Shown here piece by piece: positions 11,301 through 21,835 of a DNA stretch of 64,000 bases. The notes under the pieces are model-generated. The model saw only the letters and a list, made by a program, of their open reading frames with translations, was not told the origin of the DNA and did not search any database. The position numbers were made by a program, and so were the translations under genes. The first letter of the stretch is position 1, and every line of letters starts with the position of its first letter. The stretch lies in NCBI GenBank assembly GCA_020184695.1, contig JAANOX010000134.1:1-64000 (forward strand), read 5' to 3'. Origin of the DNA: Histomonas meleagridis 2922-C6/04-290x. Taxonomy: Eukaryota; Protista; Parabasalia.

Positions 11301-14198
11301 TGATATATATATCATATCCGCCATTAATGAAAATCCTTTTAATGGTATTCGACATATATAACATTGTAATAATACATTAATTTTAGCTGATGGATCATCA
11401 TTACTTTCTTTAATAGGTATTGGTACATGATTTAATAATTTTGATATTTCTGGTTTTTCTTCAGGTCGTACAACAACATTTTTGAATTCACTAGAAACAC
11501 AAAATAATCGAAAGATATCTACATCATTCATATAAGGTCGAATAAATTGTGCAAACTTATTCATTGTATCAGGAGATATATAAAAGTTTGAAGCTATTCG
11601 ACCTAATTCCGTTGGTTTAATTTCTCCTGTTTTTTGATCATAACGAACTAATCTTTTCTCATCAAGTTCAATTGCTGCTGTATGAACAATTTCTAATCTT
11701 CGAGTTCGAAGACTAATATCATCTTTTTCATTAATACCATAAAGTTTTGGTGATTTTAACATTCGAATGAATAAATATGTATAACCAATCCATTCAGCAG
11801 CATCATTTAAATTAGTTATAGTACCTAATGATACTTCTGCATTTAAATGTGATGAAACATCTCTTAAGAAATGTGATTCGATAGGCATTTGTTGACTTAA
11901 TACTGAGATATAATATTGTAATTCATTTAATTCAGTAATAATTATACCTTCACCATATGTATCATATTGAGGTCTACCTGCACGTCCAAACATTTGTAAC
12001 ACGTCTAAATGTGATAAGTTTTCCCATTGTGATCTTTCTGGTGAATAAACTCGTGTACCTTTAATAATAACTGTATGTGCTGGTAAGTTAACACCCCAAG
12101 CTAAAGTAGCTGTAGATACTAAAACTTTTACATGTCCACGTGCAAATAATGATTCAACTAATTTACGATCATCTGCATCAAGTCCTGCATTATGAAATGC
12201 TATACCTGATGTTAATATATTCTTTAAGTCATTATTATGTGCACGTGTTACAGAATCAGCTAAAATATCAGCAGTTCGACTATTAGGTGATGAAAATATT
12301 TCACTGTTACCTTGTTCCATAGATTTCTCAATAAAATTACGGACTGTATCAATAGTTTCTCGACGACTATGTACAAAAACTAAGACTTGTGATGTTTGAA
12401 TACGTTCTAAGATCTTATTATAACATATTTCATTCATTTCACGTTTGGCTGCTAAACCACTTTTGTTACGAACTCCTATAAATCGCTTATGTAATGGACA
12501 AGGTCGATATCTTTCATCGAATACAAATAACCCTTCTTTAACACGTAAGAAATGTGCTATATCATCATAGTTAGGCATTGTAGCAGATAAACCAACAAAT
12601 CGAATTTGTTGTCTTGTAGTATCCGCATTTCTTTTCATCCTTGCGACAATAGCTTCTAATACTGGACCTCTTTCATCATGTAACAAATGAATTTCATCAA
12701 TAATTATTAAGCCAACTTTCTCTGTTAATACTCTTGATCCTACTTTACGTGTAATAATATCCCATTTTTCTGGTGTTGTTACGATTACATCTGATTTAGA
12801 TAATTGTGATTTAGATGCAGATGAATCACCTGTTAATTCAACAACAACTTTACCATATTCTTGTAATCGATATGTAAATGATCCAACCATTTCTTGGACT
12901 AATGATTTCATTGGTGCTACATATATAACTTTCGATTCTGGTCGTACATGAAATTCTCGTAAGATACATAATAATGCAATATTAGTTTTACCTGCACCTG
13001 TTGGAGCTGATACTAATATGTTATTATCCGTTTCTAATGCTGTTTTACATATTTTGGATTGAATTCGATTTAACGTGGTAAATGATGAAAATGCTGATTG
13101 TACATAATCAGGTAATTCTGCTATAGATATTAATGGCTCGGCATCTACTGGTGGCGTTTGAAATGGGACATAAATCTCACGATAATATTCAGTATCGATT
13201 TTCTCGGTTCCTTCGGGTAATAATACTTTGTCACTAGATAGAAAATGACTGCCTTGTTCAAAGACTAATTGACTAAAGTCAAGTTTTTTAAGTTCTTTGT
13301 TATCTTCTTTCTTACGAATAAGTGATTCTTTGTTAAGAACTAAATTTCGTACAATATCAAGCTTATTGAATCCAATAACACGTGCTAACTCAGTTTCAAG
13401 TCGTGAGCCTTCTTCGTTTTGAAGTAACTTAAGTGAAATGTCAAGTTTGGAATCACTTTCATCTTTAAATTCTTCTTTAAAAATTTCTTTCACTTTTTCG
13501 ATGTCCCAACCTGTGCCAGTTACTGAAAGTGGAATTTTGACATCATCAATAGGTTCTTCATCTTCGTCGTCTGAAGATGATGATGAATAATAATCATCGT
13601 CATCACTTCCTGCTATGGCAACAATGCCATCTTCATCAACTTCATTAAGGTTAATGGATGAATCTATGGTAAAATCATTGATTTCTTTAGCTAATGAAAA
13701 TAAATGAGCAATTGTATCTGGATCAACATCAACACTAAGTTGTTGCTTAATACCTTGGATACGTTGTTCATCGGTTAAACCTTCGGATTTTAATAGACGT
13801 AAAAGATCATATGCTGTTTGATGTAAAATGTCATCTGGAATGCCACCAACTAAATCTGAAATAATAGATGTAAGCATGTCATATGATTGAGCTGTTTCAG
13901 GTGTTTGTGGAATATAAATTTGAGCACGTTTAGCTGCTTCATGTTTAATTTTATTTTTAGCTTTACGTGCTTGTTTTTTATGCTCACTCATTAAAGCCTT
14001 TTGATAGCTTGCTGATGTTGATGTAATTGCGGATCCAAAATCAGACTTTTTAATCATACCATTAAGAGATCGAATATTACTCCCTTCTTTTTGTTCAGCA
14101 ATTTCCTTTAAAACACTGTCCGCAAGTTCAAGAACCATGATTTCTCCATTTTTATAATCATAAGACTTGAATTGAAAAGCGCCTGCTCCTCCGTCCAT
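8382..14198 (-). CDS. BRR2: U5 snRNP 200 kDa helicase Brr2
   Basis: APTGAGKT and DEIH motifs, Ski2-like cassette plus Sec63, a second degenerate cassette plus Sec63; N-terminus resembles the Brr2 QYEY motif. Confidence 0.93.
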   Translation of the reverse strand: MDGGAGAFQFKSYDYKNGEIMVLELADSVLKEIAEQKEGSNIRSLNGMIKKSDFGSAITSTSASYQKALMSEHKKQARKAKNKIKHEAAKRAQIYIPQTPETAQSYDMLTSIISDLVGGIPDDILHQTAYDLLRLLKSEGLTDEQRIQGIKQQLSVDVDPDTIAHLFSLAKEINDFTIDSSINLNEVDEDGIVAIAGSDDDDYYSSSSSDDEDEEPIDDVKIPLSVTGTGWDIEKVKEIFKEEFKDESDSKLDISLKLLQNEEGSRLETELARVIGFNKLDIVRNLVLNKESLIRKKEDNKELKKLDFSQLVFEQGSHFLSSDKVLLPEGTEKIDTEYYREIYVPFQTPPVDAEPLISIAELPDYVQSAFSSFTTLNRIQSKICKTALETDNNILVSAPTGAGKTNIALLCILREFHVRPESKVIYVAPMKSLVQEMVGSFTYRLQEYGKVVVELTGDSSASKSQLSKSDVIVTTPEKWDIITRKVGSRVLTEKVGLIIIDEIHLLHDERGPVLEAIVARMKRNADTTRQQIRFVGLSATMPNYDDIAHFLRVKEGLFVFDERYRPCPLHKRFIGVRNKSGLAAKREMNEICYNKILERIQTSQVLVFVHSRRETIDTVRNFIEKSMEQGNSEIFSSPNSRTADILADSVTRAHNNDLKNILTSGIAFHNAGLDADDRKLVESLFARGHVKVLVSTATLAWGVNLPAHTVIIKGTRVYSPERSQWENLSHLDVLQMFGRAGRPQYDTYGEGIIITELNELQYYISVLSQQMPIESHFLRDVSSHLNAEVSLGTITNLNDAAEWIGYTYLFIRMLKSPKLYGINEKDDISLRTRRLEIVHTAAIELDEKRLVRYDQKTGEIKPTELGRIASNFYISPDTMNKFAQFIRPYMNDVDIFRLFCVSSEFKNVVVRPEEKPEISKLLNHVPIPIKESNDDPSAKINVLLQCYICRIPLKGFSLMADMIYISQNAERIMRCMYEISLSFGWAQLSLNLLSYSKMIGARMWNVQSPLRQFKMVPSSIVAQLERKFFPWGNYFDLTPTRLGELAKSPKDGEFLAQIIRNFPRIKTSARAIPINSKILRVIIDISAEFDYDPEIHHDTEPFWVFCCDGDLNTILHSELFLLKSRYPQTTLSFIVTILQPIQPFYYVKIISDRWIPCEAEFNIPIISLNLPKPIPSSNFMKGNIEYPFQEFINCANNNPDKSIFVAAPPNTGRSVCIKTIIESSLSNNHKIAIIIPVYDKFKKLSQQYSSLYGFKVLTGDIDLDEKIIHESRLIIGTHSMFITYDHFDTVILFDLHLIGDEDYIDYEILISTMKFLGCVTRFVGISSCILDPKSLGLWINCDPKFIFAFTPDMRKIQFKIQTFNFPTSRSRLMSMSRPLFTTIKDSNTSIIFVPNNQQMYQTAFELINYSSILGNDKLFSRGEPPLFKDGTLNQISQYGISLFHTNLSDYDKELITDNLGQSIGCIICVIDCVWELNISADIVVMKGTDYYDGITHNHIEYSIYNIIECMGYTLDNGTFVLFTHTPRKLFYLTFLTEPLPIESNFDRISQIAFNNIMALGIAHTKNDLIKYVTNTYFYQRIIRNPSYYGIMVNTQQGISDYVSDLIDNSVDELKSFNAIEENEDNFTLNILPLGQISTTCYVDPSTIELIAGSLTKDTAHKGILQLICSSTEFSTIQIKSPKTINNLSNHFPDLLIEPNDPSSYVNLIFRCYMYRIPIPEELYINFREMSITFLRVINAVIQIAAICNWLKPAIAAIQLNQRFVQTIGFDQSELLQMPFITQNIAEKCIANGIVTVNDLRDKGSDENGDVYCKQLLEINPNEEYKWTAICNAANRYPSINLAARKVGNNTVEAMLERDIDEDENVGLVLAPNFCLRKSENWWVVLVDGGENLIDIQKVAFERKILVTFEVSPEMMALPLRMFALCDSYIGCDLACDIN

Positions 14199-14287
14199 CT
14201 TTTGGCCAACCGTAAATTTGCCTCAATATTATTTGGGAAAGTGTTAAAGGGCACCCCAAAATATTGCCAGACTTTGTCAAATATAAA

Positions 14288-14599
14288 ATGAGCAGAAAGT
14301 TCACAAAAGAACTTAATGATAAGATTGATAGAGATCTTGATGATCAAGCTAGAAACAAAAGAAGAAGAACTGATCGAGAGCCGCCCGATAGAAAGAAAGT
14401 AAACTCAAAAAATAAAAATGATGATAATGATAAGAAAAAATTCAACGAAAAATATACCAAATATGTTGCCATTGATATACCTCAAAGAGCACTCAGAGCA
14501 TTATTAAGGGCATCTGGTCAACCTACTGATTCGAAAGGAATGAAGCTTCAAGTAAAATTAAGCGTCCCAGAAAAAAGAAATAACCCAAAGGAAAAATAA
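14288..14599 (+). CDS. Small basic hypothetical protein, head-to-head with BRR2
   Basis: ATG at 14288, K/R/D-rich, coding-like composition; no family recognised. Confidence 0.5.
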   Translation: MSRKFTKELNDKIDRDLDDQARNKRRRTDREPPDRKKVNSKNKNDDNDKKKFNEKYTKYVAIDIPQRALRALLRASGQPTDSKGMKLQVKLSVPEKRNNPKEK

Positions 14600-14880
14600 T
14601 ACATCACAGTTAATAAAACTATATCATTTTAATTCGTTAATAATCATTACTAAATTTTATAAAATCGTCTGAAATAAAAACCAAACCACAAAAACTCTGT
14701 ACTTAATGAAACAAATATTATTTTTTTTTTAGGAAAGAAAAAAGGATGTTCATGTTTTTCAAGCTTGGAAAAATTTCTGAACAGAAGGTTATTATAGTTC
14801 AAACAATTCTATGAACTAATTCAAAAAAAATGTGAACAAGGAAACTCAAAAAGTTGATGATTAGTCATACCACATTTGAA

Positions 14881-15621
14881 ATGGCTGACGAAAGAAAGAT
14901 TCTTGTTCTTTTCGATATTGATGGAACACTTACACCATCTAGACTTAAGGCTTCCCCTGAGATGCTCTCTTTCCTGAAAGAACTTCGTCAAAAAGTTGTT
15001 ATTGGTGTTGTCGGTGGTTCTGATTTTCCAAAGCAACAAGATCAACTTGGTGAAAACGTCCTTGATATTGTCGATTACTCTTTCAGTGAAAATGGTCTTG
15101 TATCCTACAAAGGCCATGAAAAGATTGGAGAAACTTCAATCCGTGATCAATTTACACCAGCACAAATGAGGAAGTTCATTGACTGGCTTCTTCGCTACAT
15201 AGCCGATATTGATATTCCAGTTAAGACAGGAACTTTTATTGAGCTTAGAACTGGAATGATCAACGTTTCACCAGTTGGCCGTAACTGCACATATGAGCAA
15301 CGTATCGAATTCTGGAAGCTTGATCAAGAAAGAGGAATTCGTAAGAAGATGGTTGAAGATATGAAAGCCGCATTTCCTGATCTTAATCTTCAATACTCAA
15401 TCGGTGGTCAAATTTCTATTGATATTTTCCCAGTCGGATGGACCAAGGTTTATTGCCTTCGTTATGTAGAAGGTAAATATGACGAAATTCACTTTTTCGG
15501 AGATATGACCGCAGAAGGAGGAAATGACTATGAAATCTTCCATGATCCTCGCGTCCACGGTCACACAGTTAAGAACCCAGAAGATACAATTCGTCAATGT
15601 CGTGAACTTTTCCTCCAATAA
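14881..15621 (+). CDS. PMM: Phosphomannomutase (HAD-IIB)
   Basis: LFDIDGTLT, VGGSD, FIELRTGMINVSP, SIGGQISIDIFPVGWTK and FFGDMTAEGGNDYEI motifs; likely ATG at 14881. Confidence 0.96.
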   Translation: MADERKILVLFDIDGTLTPSRLKASPEMLSFLKELRQKVVIGVVGGSDFPKQQDQLGENVLDIVDYSFSENGLVSYKGHEKIGETSIRDQFTPAQMRKFIDWLLRYIADIDIPVKTGTFIELRTGMINVSPVGRNCTYEQRIEFWKLDQERGIRKKMVEDMKAAFPDLNLQYSIGGQISIDIFPVGWTKVYCLRYVEGKYDEIHFFGDMTAEGGNDYEIFHDPRVHGHTVKNPEDTIRQCRELFLQ

Positions 15622-15903
15622 GATTACTTAAAATAGATAAAAAACATTTACAATCCACATTTTAAAATGAAATACTTTAAAACATCTTTGTTTCTGATCT
15701 TCATATGGGTAAAAATTTGTGTTTTGAGAAATTTATTCGTTCAGAATTTTGAATGCTGGGAGATATCTGTTTTTTCAGAAAAGTTTTTTGATGAATTGGG
15801 TTTCAAAGGGAAATGAACTTTTTGTTCAGAACCTTTATAGAAAATTGTTATCGTTGTTTCCCAAAATTTGTGAGAAATCACTTTAAATAACTTTTTATAT
15901 TTC

Positions 15904-17925
15904 ATGCTCTTATGTTTTTTTCTTGCTTCTGCTTCTCAAAATAGCTTTGACAGTGGTGGAACTTTGTACTATAATGAAGAAAGTCCACTTATACAAAATT
16001 ACAAATATCAAACAAAATATCTTCAAATTTCCAAAATTGATAACATTGAAAACAAATTATTTTATAAATGGAAGCAGCTTTTGTCAGTTGTTATCGAAGA
16101 TGTTACAGTGATTGGAGAGTATGCATTTTATGGGTGTAGTGGTTTATCAACAATTTCCTTTTCAAACTCAGTTCAAGAAATTGGAAATTATGCATTTTAT
16201 GAATGTGTTTGTTTACAAACAATTGATTTTCAAAATATTTCATCAATAGGAGAATTTGCATTTTTTGGTTGCTCATTTGAATCAATAAAAATTCCACCAT
16301 CAATTCAAAGTATTGGTAACGCAGCATTTTCTTGTTGTAGCTCTCTAACAAGTTTTGAAGTTGATAATGAAAATGAAAATTATTCGCATACAACCGATGG
16401 AGTTCTTTACAGTAAAAACCAAGACACGCTTGTCAGTTTTCCAAATGGAAAAGAAATTACTGAATACAGCCTTGAAGCTAATGTTCAATTTATTTCAGAT
16501 TATGCGTTCTATCTATGCACCCAATTATTAGATGTAGATATTAACAATGTTTCAGTAATTGGAAACTTTGCGTTTTTTGGGTGTTATTTCTCATATTTTA
16601 ATTTTCCAAGTTCGATCAAAAGTATTGGAATTGGATCATTTTCTAATTGCTATAACTTATCAGATTTTTCTTCTTCATCTCAAATCAACAAAATCAATTC
16701 AGTCGTTGAGCATAATGGCACATTTCTTTTTTTCTTAAGAGGTGTCTCTAAAACATCAGTCACTTTTGATTACGCCAAAATTGTTGCTGATTATTCATTT
16801 TATGAGTGTGATATTGAGGAAATTTCATTAAGGTCCGCTGTAGAAAGCATTGGCAACTATGCATTTTATGGGTGTATTTTTAAAGAGGTTTCTTTTGAAT
16901 ATGTTAAAAGTATTGGAAAACATGCATTTGATAATTGCAAATATTTAACGAATATAGGTTTAAGTAGTAGTGTTGAAAGTATTGGTGATTTTTCATTCTT
17001 TGGATGTAATGTTCATAATGTTTTAATACCAAGCTCAATTTCATATATTGGATATGGATCATTTTCGAATTGTAATAATTTGGTTTCGCTTAATATCATA
17101 AATAATTCGAATTATGCAACTTTAGATGGAATACTTTATAATAATAATTTTACTGAAATCATTTGTTATCCACTTGGCAAAAACATAAAAGAAATAAAAC
17201 TTTTGGATACAATTGAAGTTATTGCACCTTATTCATTTTATAATTGTATGAATTTAAGTATTATCAACATTACAAATAATGTTAAAGAAATTGGACCATT
17301 TGCATTTTATAATTGTCCAATTATTTCATTTGATTTTAATGATATTGAAACTATTGGAAAATATTCGTTTTCGCATTGTTTAAATTTATCTGAAATACAT
17401 TTTGGTGATCACTTAAAACATATTGAAGAATTTGCATTTTCTCAAAGTAATTTAACATGTGTATATTATAATGGAACTGAAGAACCACAAATTGATTTAT
17501 ATGCATTTGATCAAATTCAAGCAAATATTATAATGGTAAATGAACTTTTCGACAGTGAAACATTTGGCCAATTAAATATAAGCAAAGAGATAATTACTGA
17601 ATGTCTTCCACCTCCAACTGAGACATATTCGCAAAGTAATACATATTCGCAAAGTAATACATATTCACAAAGTAATACTTTTTATGCATCGAATACACTT
17701 TATACTGATCCAGGCGATGGAATTTCAAAAGAAGCGTTGATAGCAATCATTTGCTGTGCAATTGTTTTGGTTTTATTAATTGCTATATTAGTTACAGTTC
17801 TTGTGATAAGGAATAAAAGAAAAGGAAAAAACTCGAGTGATAAAGACGACATTGAAGCAAAGCATATAAAAGATGATATTGATAGCAACCAAATACCGCT
17901 GAATGATGATGATCAATTACTTTAA
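15904..17925 (+). CDS. BspA-like TpLRR surface protein with C-terminal TM helix
   Basis: Many x-I-G-x-x-A-F-x-x-C repeats, signal peptide, TM segment (ALIAIICCAIVLVLLIAILVTVLVI) and charged tail. Confidence 0.93.
   Translation: MLLCFFLASASQNSFDSGGTLYYNEESPLIQNYKYQTKYLQISKIDNIENKLFYKWKQLLSVVIEDVTVIGEYAFYGCSGLSTISFSNSVQEIGNYAFYECVCLQTIDFQNISSIGEFAFFGCSFESIKIPPSIQSIGNAAFSCCSSLTSFEVDNENENYSHTTDGVLYSKNQDTLVSFPNGKEITEYSLEANVQFISDYAFYLCTQLLDVDINNVSVIGNFAFFGCYFSYFNFPSSIKSIGIGSFSNCYNLSDFSSSSQINKINSVVEHNGTFLFFLRGVSKTSVTFDYAKIVADYSFYECDIEEISLRSAVESIGNYAFYGCIFKEVSFEYVKSIGKHAFDNCKYLTNIGLSSSVESIGDFSFFGCNVHNVLIPSSISYIGYGSFSNCNNLVSLNIINNSNYATLDGILYNNNFTEIICYPLGKNIKEIKLLDTIEVIAPYSFYNCMNLSIINITNNVKEIGPFAFYNCPIISFDFNDIETIGKYSFSHCLNLSEIHFGDHLKHIEEFAFSQSNLTCVYYNGTEEPQIDLYAFDQIQANIIMVNELFDSETFGQLNISKEIITECLPPPTETYSQSNTYSQSNTYSQSNTFYASNTLYTDPGDGISKEALIAIICCAIVLVLLIAILVTVLVIRNKRKGKNSSDKDDIEAKHIKDDIDSNQIPLNDDDQLL
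17623..17676 (+). repeat. 18-bp coding repeat x3 (TYSQSN)
   Basis: ACATATTCGCAAAGTAAT at 17623, 17641 and 17659 (one mismatch). Confidence 0.9.
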
Positions 17926-18392
17926 TTTTTGTCTTATGAAATATGCGAAGCTTCGCATCAATAAATATAATAAATTTTAATAAATTTCATCCCTTCGCAT
18001 TTTTTTATTCATTTTTTTTTTAATTACAGATAATTATAACATATTATATTAAGTGTTATACTTAAGTTTAAATATCAATATGTTGCAATCATGATGTTGC
18101 CTTTCTTCTTTATTTATATTTCATTAATGAAGCACTTTTGAAGATTATCTTGAAGAAAAAAGTTTCGTTAATTTTGTTATTCTCGTGAAGAAAGTTATCT
18201 GTTGTTGTTTCCCATAAAGCACATGATTTTAAATAAATTTCAAAATTGGAATCATATGTATAAACGAAATGTTATATTATGGATCTATATATTCTTTATG
18301 CTTATTGCAACAATGAGTTCCAAAAACAGATCTAAATTCAGAATTTAGAATTCTATAACAATAAAATGTGACTTGTTATGTGAAATATTTAT

Positions 18393-19622
18393 ATGGAAGC
18401 AAACACACAAGCAGAAGAAATTTGCAATCAAATTGAAAAAATACCAACTCCAATGCATTTCATACAAGAATCAAGAAAAATACTTTTATCAAAAGGATTT
18501 ACTGAACTAAGTGTCACAGAATACTGGGATAAAATTCCAAATAAATTTTTTGTTGTTCGTGATGAAAAAAATATTGTTGCGATTTCCATGAAAGACACCA
18601 AAGGCGGCTTGATATTTACCACATGTATTGATGCACCTTGTTTAAAGTATTCTACAAATGGTAGTTTAATAAATTCTGGTTCTGAACAAGTAAAGGCCAT
18701 TTCTCATGGACAAGGTAACTGGCAGTCATGGGAAGACCGTGATTTAAGAATTGCAGGTCGTGTACTCATTAATAATAACGGAAAAATTGAGTCAACTCTT
18801 TTTGTATTACCTGGTGCAATCGGATACATACAGCCCTCAGGCAAACAACAAGTAACTTCCAAATCAAACGATGAATTAATCCAATTTCCAATTTTTAGTT
18901 ATTTATCGAATGATGGTAAAAGCCAACTCACCACACAGATGCTTGTTTCTGAGATCTCTAAGCATCTCGAAACATCACCTGAAAACATCATTGATTTTGA
19001 AATCACATTTTATGATTCAAACCCACCCAAACTAATAGGGCCTAATCATAACATTCTGGCATCTCCAAGGATCACTGATTTATCCACGTCACTAGCGGCT
19101 TTGCAATCTTTTGCCGAATCTGAAGAGCCATCAAACGGTTTGAACGGTTTTGTCGGTTTTTCGAGTGATGTGGATTACACAGGTCCAGAATCCAATCTTT
19201 TATCAAGAGTTCTTGACATAATTGGGTGCAAAGCCTCTTTTTATCCGAATTCCCTTGTGGTTACCTGTCATAATGTACATGGAGATAATCCAGCATATGA
19301 CAAATTCATCGATAATGATCATCCTGTTAAACTTGGCAATGGAATTTATTATTACTGGTCAACATCTGATTTCGATTCTGTTGATATCATTCGACAAATT
19401 GCCGAAAAGATAAATGTGAAACTATCGCCAATGGTCAGTCGCAATAATGGAAAGAAAACATTTGGAGAAATATTTGCAGAGAAATACGGAATAAGAACTG
19501 TCGAGGTGGGTATTCCTGTTTGGGGAATGTTTTCGGCGCGAGAAACATGTAATGTTAATGATATCGAAACATTGAATAAGTTTTTCAAGTCTGCATACGC
19601 TTTGTATCACCAAATTCAATAA
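18393..19622 (+). CDS. M18 aspartyl aminopeptidase-like protein with degenerate active site
   Basis: DRDLRIAGRV, SPRITDLSTS and GIPVWGMFSARE align with M18 family motifs. Confidence 0.85.
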   Translation: MEANTQAEEICNQIEKIPTPMHFIQESRKILLSKGFTELSVTEYWDKIPNKFFVVRDEKNIVAISMKDTKGGLIFTTCIDAPCLKYSTNGSLINSGSEQVKAISHGQGNWQSWEDRDLRIAGRVLINNNGKIESTLFVLPGAIGYIQPSGKQQVTSKSNDELIQFPIFSYLSNDGKSQLTTQMLVSEISKHLETSPENIIDFEITFYDSNPPKLIGPNHNILASPRITDLSTSLAALQSFAESEEPSNGLNGFVGFSSDVDYTGPESNLLSRVLDIIGCKASFYPNSLVVTCHNVHGDNPAYDKFIDNDHPVKLGNGIYYYWSTSDFDSVDIIRQIAEKINVKLSPMVSRNNGKKTFGEIFAEKYGIRTVEVGIPVWGMFSARETCNVNDIETLNKFFKSAYALYHQIQ

Positions 19623-19978
19623 ACTTTTATCAAATTTAGCATATTGTTCATATTCCTGTAATGTCTTTGATAATTCTCTAATATGTTTTTATATATTCCA
19701 AGTTCGTTACCATATTATTTGCATTAAATGATTTAGAAAAAAACTTAAAATTGGAAATGTTTAGAACTTCTTCCAAAATATATTTTAAGATTGTTTTTAT
19801 AAATAATCGAGTTATAAATGGTTTCTCTTTTCTATGTCAAATTCTAAATGGATTAAAGAAAGTCTTTTATATAAATTTCCAAAATCGCCTTACTTAAACA
19901 TTATAAGTGGTGACAAACAGTAAATGAAAAATTTCACACTTATCAATTTAAAACAAAATAAAGTTTATATAGAACAAT

Positions 19979-21745
19979 TTAATCTATTTTCATGTTATTG
20001 TATAATATCCGAACAAAGTGATAAGCAGAAATGAAGCCAACAGCTCCACAAACAGCGCCGACACCCACAGATATTAAAGATGAAGACGCCAAGAAATATA
20101 CCATTTGTGCCATTCCATCATAAGTCATATAATTTCGGTAATACGAAATACAATATATGAACAGATAAATAGAAATTCCGAATGGCGCAATGAATGACAT
20201 CCATTGCCATTCATAATTTCCCTCGTTTAATCTAAAGTATACAGCAATGATTGTTAGCAATGAAGAATTAGTAATCATAGCTATAAACACAATAAATAAC
20301 GGGAAATATGAACAAAGATTTTTATAGTTCCAAATAGAAGAAAGAATAAAATGCATTTCCGATAAAACACATATTGATTCAATATACTATGGGTTAGCTA
20401 ATGTTCAAAAAATATGTGAAAAATGTTATAAAAAAACATTTTTCACTAAAAAAAAACATACACCAATTATTAATGTTAATACAAATGTTTTAAGATAAAA
20501 TGGAGTTGGAGGTATCTTTCGCTTTATAAGTGCAATATTTGTTGGATCCTCACCAAAGCAAAAGAAATGTCTTCCAATTATACCTCCGAAAATCGAAATT
20601 ACTAAAGCACAAATGAAAATCACAATTAAAGTTATCACAATCGAATAATTTGTTGGGTTTTTCAACTCAAAAATAGACGTAATAAACTTATATAAAATAT
20701 AAATTATCGGAATTAATGTTGCCGAAAATATTAATGTTGGTATCCAATGGCCTTTATTCCGCCATTTTTTAAGTAAGCCTCCAATGAAATATCCATTTGT
20801 TAAGGATGTGATTACCCATAATAAAACAGATAAATATACATTGGATTTATATCTCATATAAAGACCAAAAAATTCATTCGAAATAATTATTCCAAAAACA
20901 ATTAAAAAAAGTTGTACACCAATTGCTATTAATGTTGACAAAATTCCAGAATTTTTTGGACTTCGAAATACATCGCCATGAATTAATCTCCATCCAGCAT
21001 CAAGTTGAATATCTTCTTCCATTTCATGGAGAACATCATCACTTTGGATGTTAAGAATAACATCATTTCCGATATAATGGAAAATTACAAAGAAAAACAT
21101 TAAAATCGTGGCGACCGTTAAGATTATGGAATTTATACTTGAATACTTTCTGATGTTATTGAAGCTAAATTTCTTGTCACAATACCGATCGAATCTTTGG
21201 CGATATTTCTTATTACTTTTTATCCATTCAACAGAATAGTCAAAATTAATTTCATCATTAACTTGAAAAGGAATTGGTTTTTCATCAGTAACTTTAACTT
21301 CTACAACATGGTTATCATTATAGTGTAAAATAAATCGAATATGTGTATAAATGAAAGAAACATTTTTTGATATGTATCCAACTTGATGAACATCAGGAAG
21401 TTTCCCAATATATAACTGACCCATAAATTTTCTTTTAATTAATGTAATCATTGTTTCATATACTTCAGGTGAAACTTTCAAGCTATATAAATGTTTATCA
21501 GAAACAGGTTGTAGGAAGTTAATTAAAACAGGAATTTCGTGAAACCTTTTTCCAATTAGTTTTCCTAAGAAAGATGGTTTTTTGAGATACTTTATTTCTC
21601 CAATATTACTAAAAGGAATTATTGAGTAATCATAAATTTCTAATGGATTCAATAAAGGATATGCTTGGCTTCCAAACACAGGAATTTTTTCCCCATTAGT
21701 TAATGGTTTAGCATTAAATAAATAGAAAAGAATAACATAAAACAT
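19979..21745 (-). CDS. TM9SF: TM9SF / endomembrane protein 70, two exons
   Basis: GWRLIHGDVFRSP and EGNYEWQWMSF motifs. ORFs 20426..21982 and 19979..20356 join in frame after removing the intron at 20387-20461. Likely ATG at 21745 (MFYVILFYLF signal peptide). Confidence 0.88.
20387..20461 (-). other. Canonical parabasalid-type spliceosomal intron, 75 nt, phase 0
   Basis: 5' GTATGT and 3' GCTAACCCATAG (compare the T. vaginalis 12-nt ACTAACACACAG motif); removal gives ...LIIG|YIESICVLSEMHF... Confidence 0.9.
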
Positions 21746-21811
21746 TTGTAATCGGTTTATATAAAAAGTGCCCTTGCACAGAGAAAAGTGACACGTCATA
21801 ACCGCAAAAAT

Positions 21812-21830
21812 GGCGGCTTGGCCGACCTTT
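21812..21830 (+). promoter_or_regulatory. M3-like (GGCGGCTT) and M5 (CCTTT) core promoter motifs of the RPL23A gene
   Basis: GGCGGCTT at 21812-21819 and CCTTT at 21826-21830, just upstream of ATG 21836; the same pairing is described for T. vaginalis ribosomal protein genes. Confidence 0.6.
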
Positions 21831-21835
21831 TGGAA

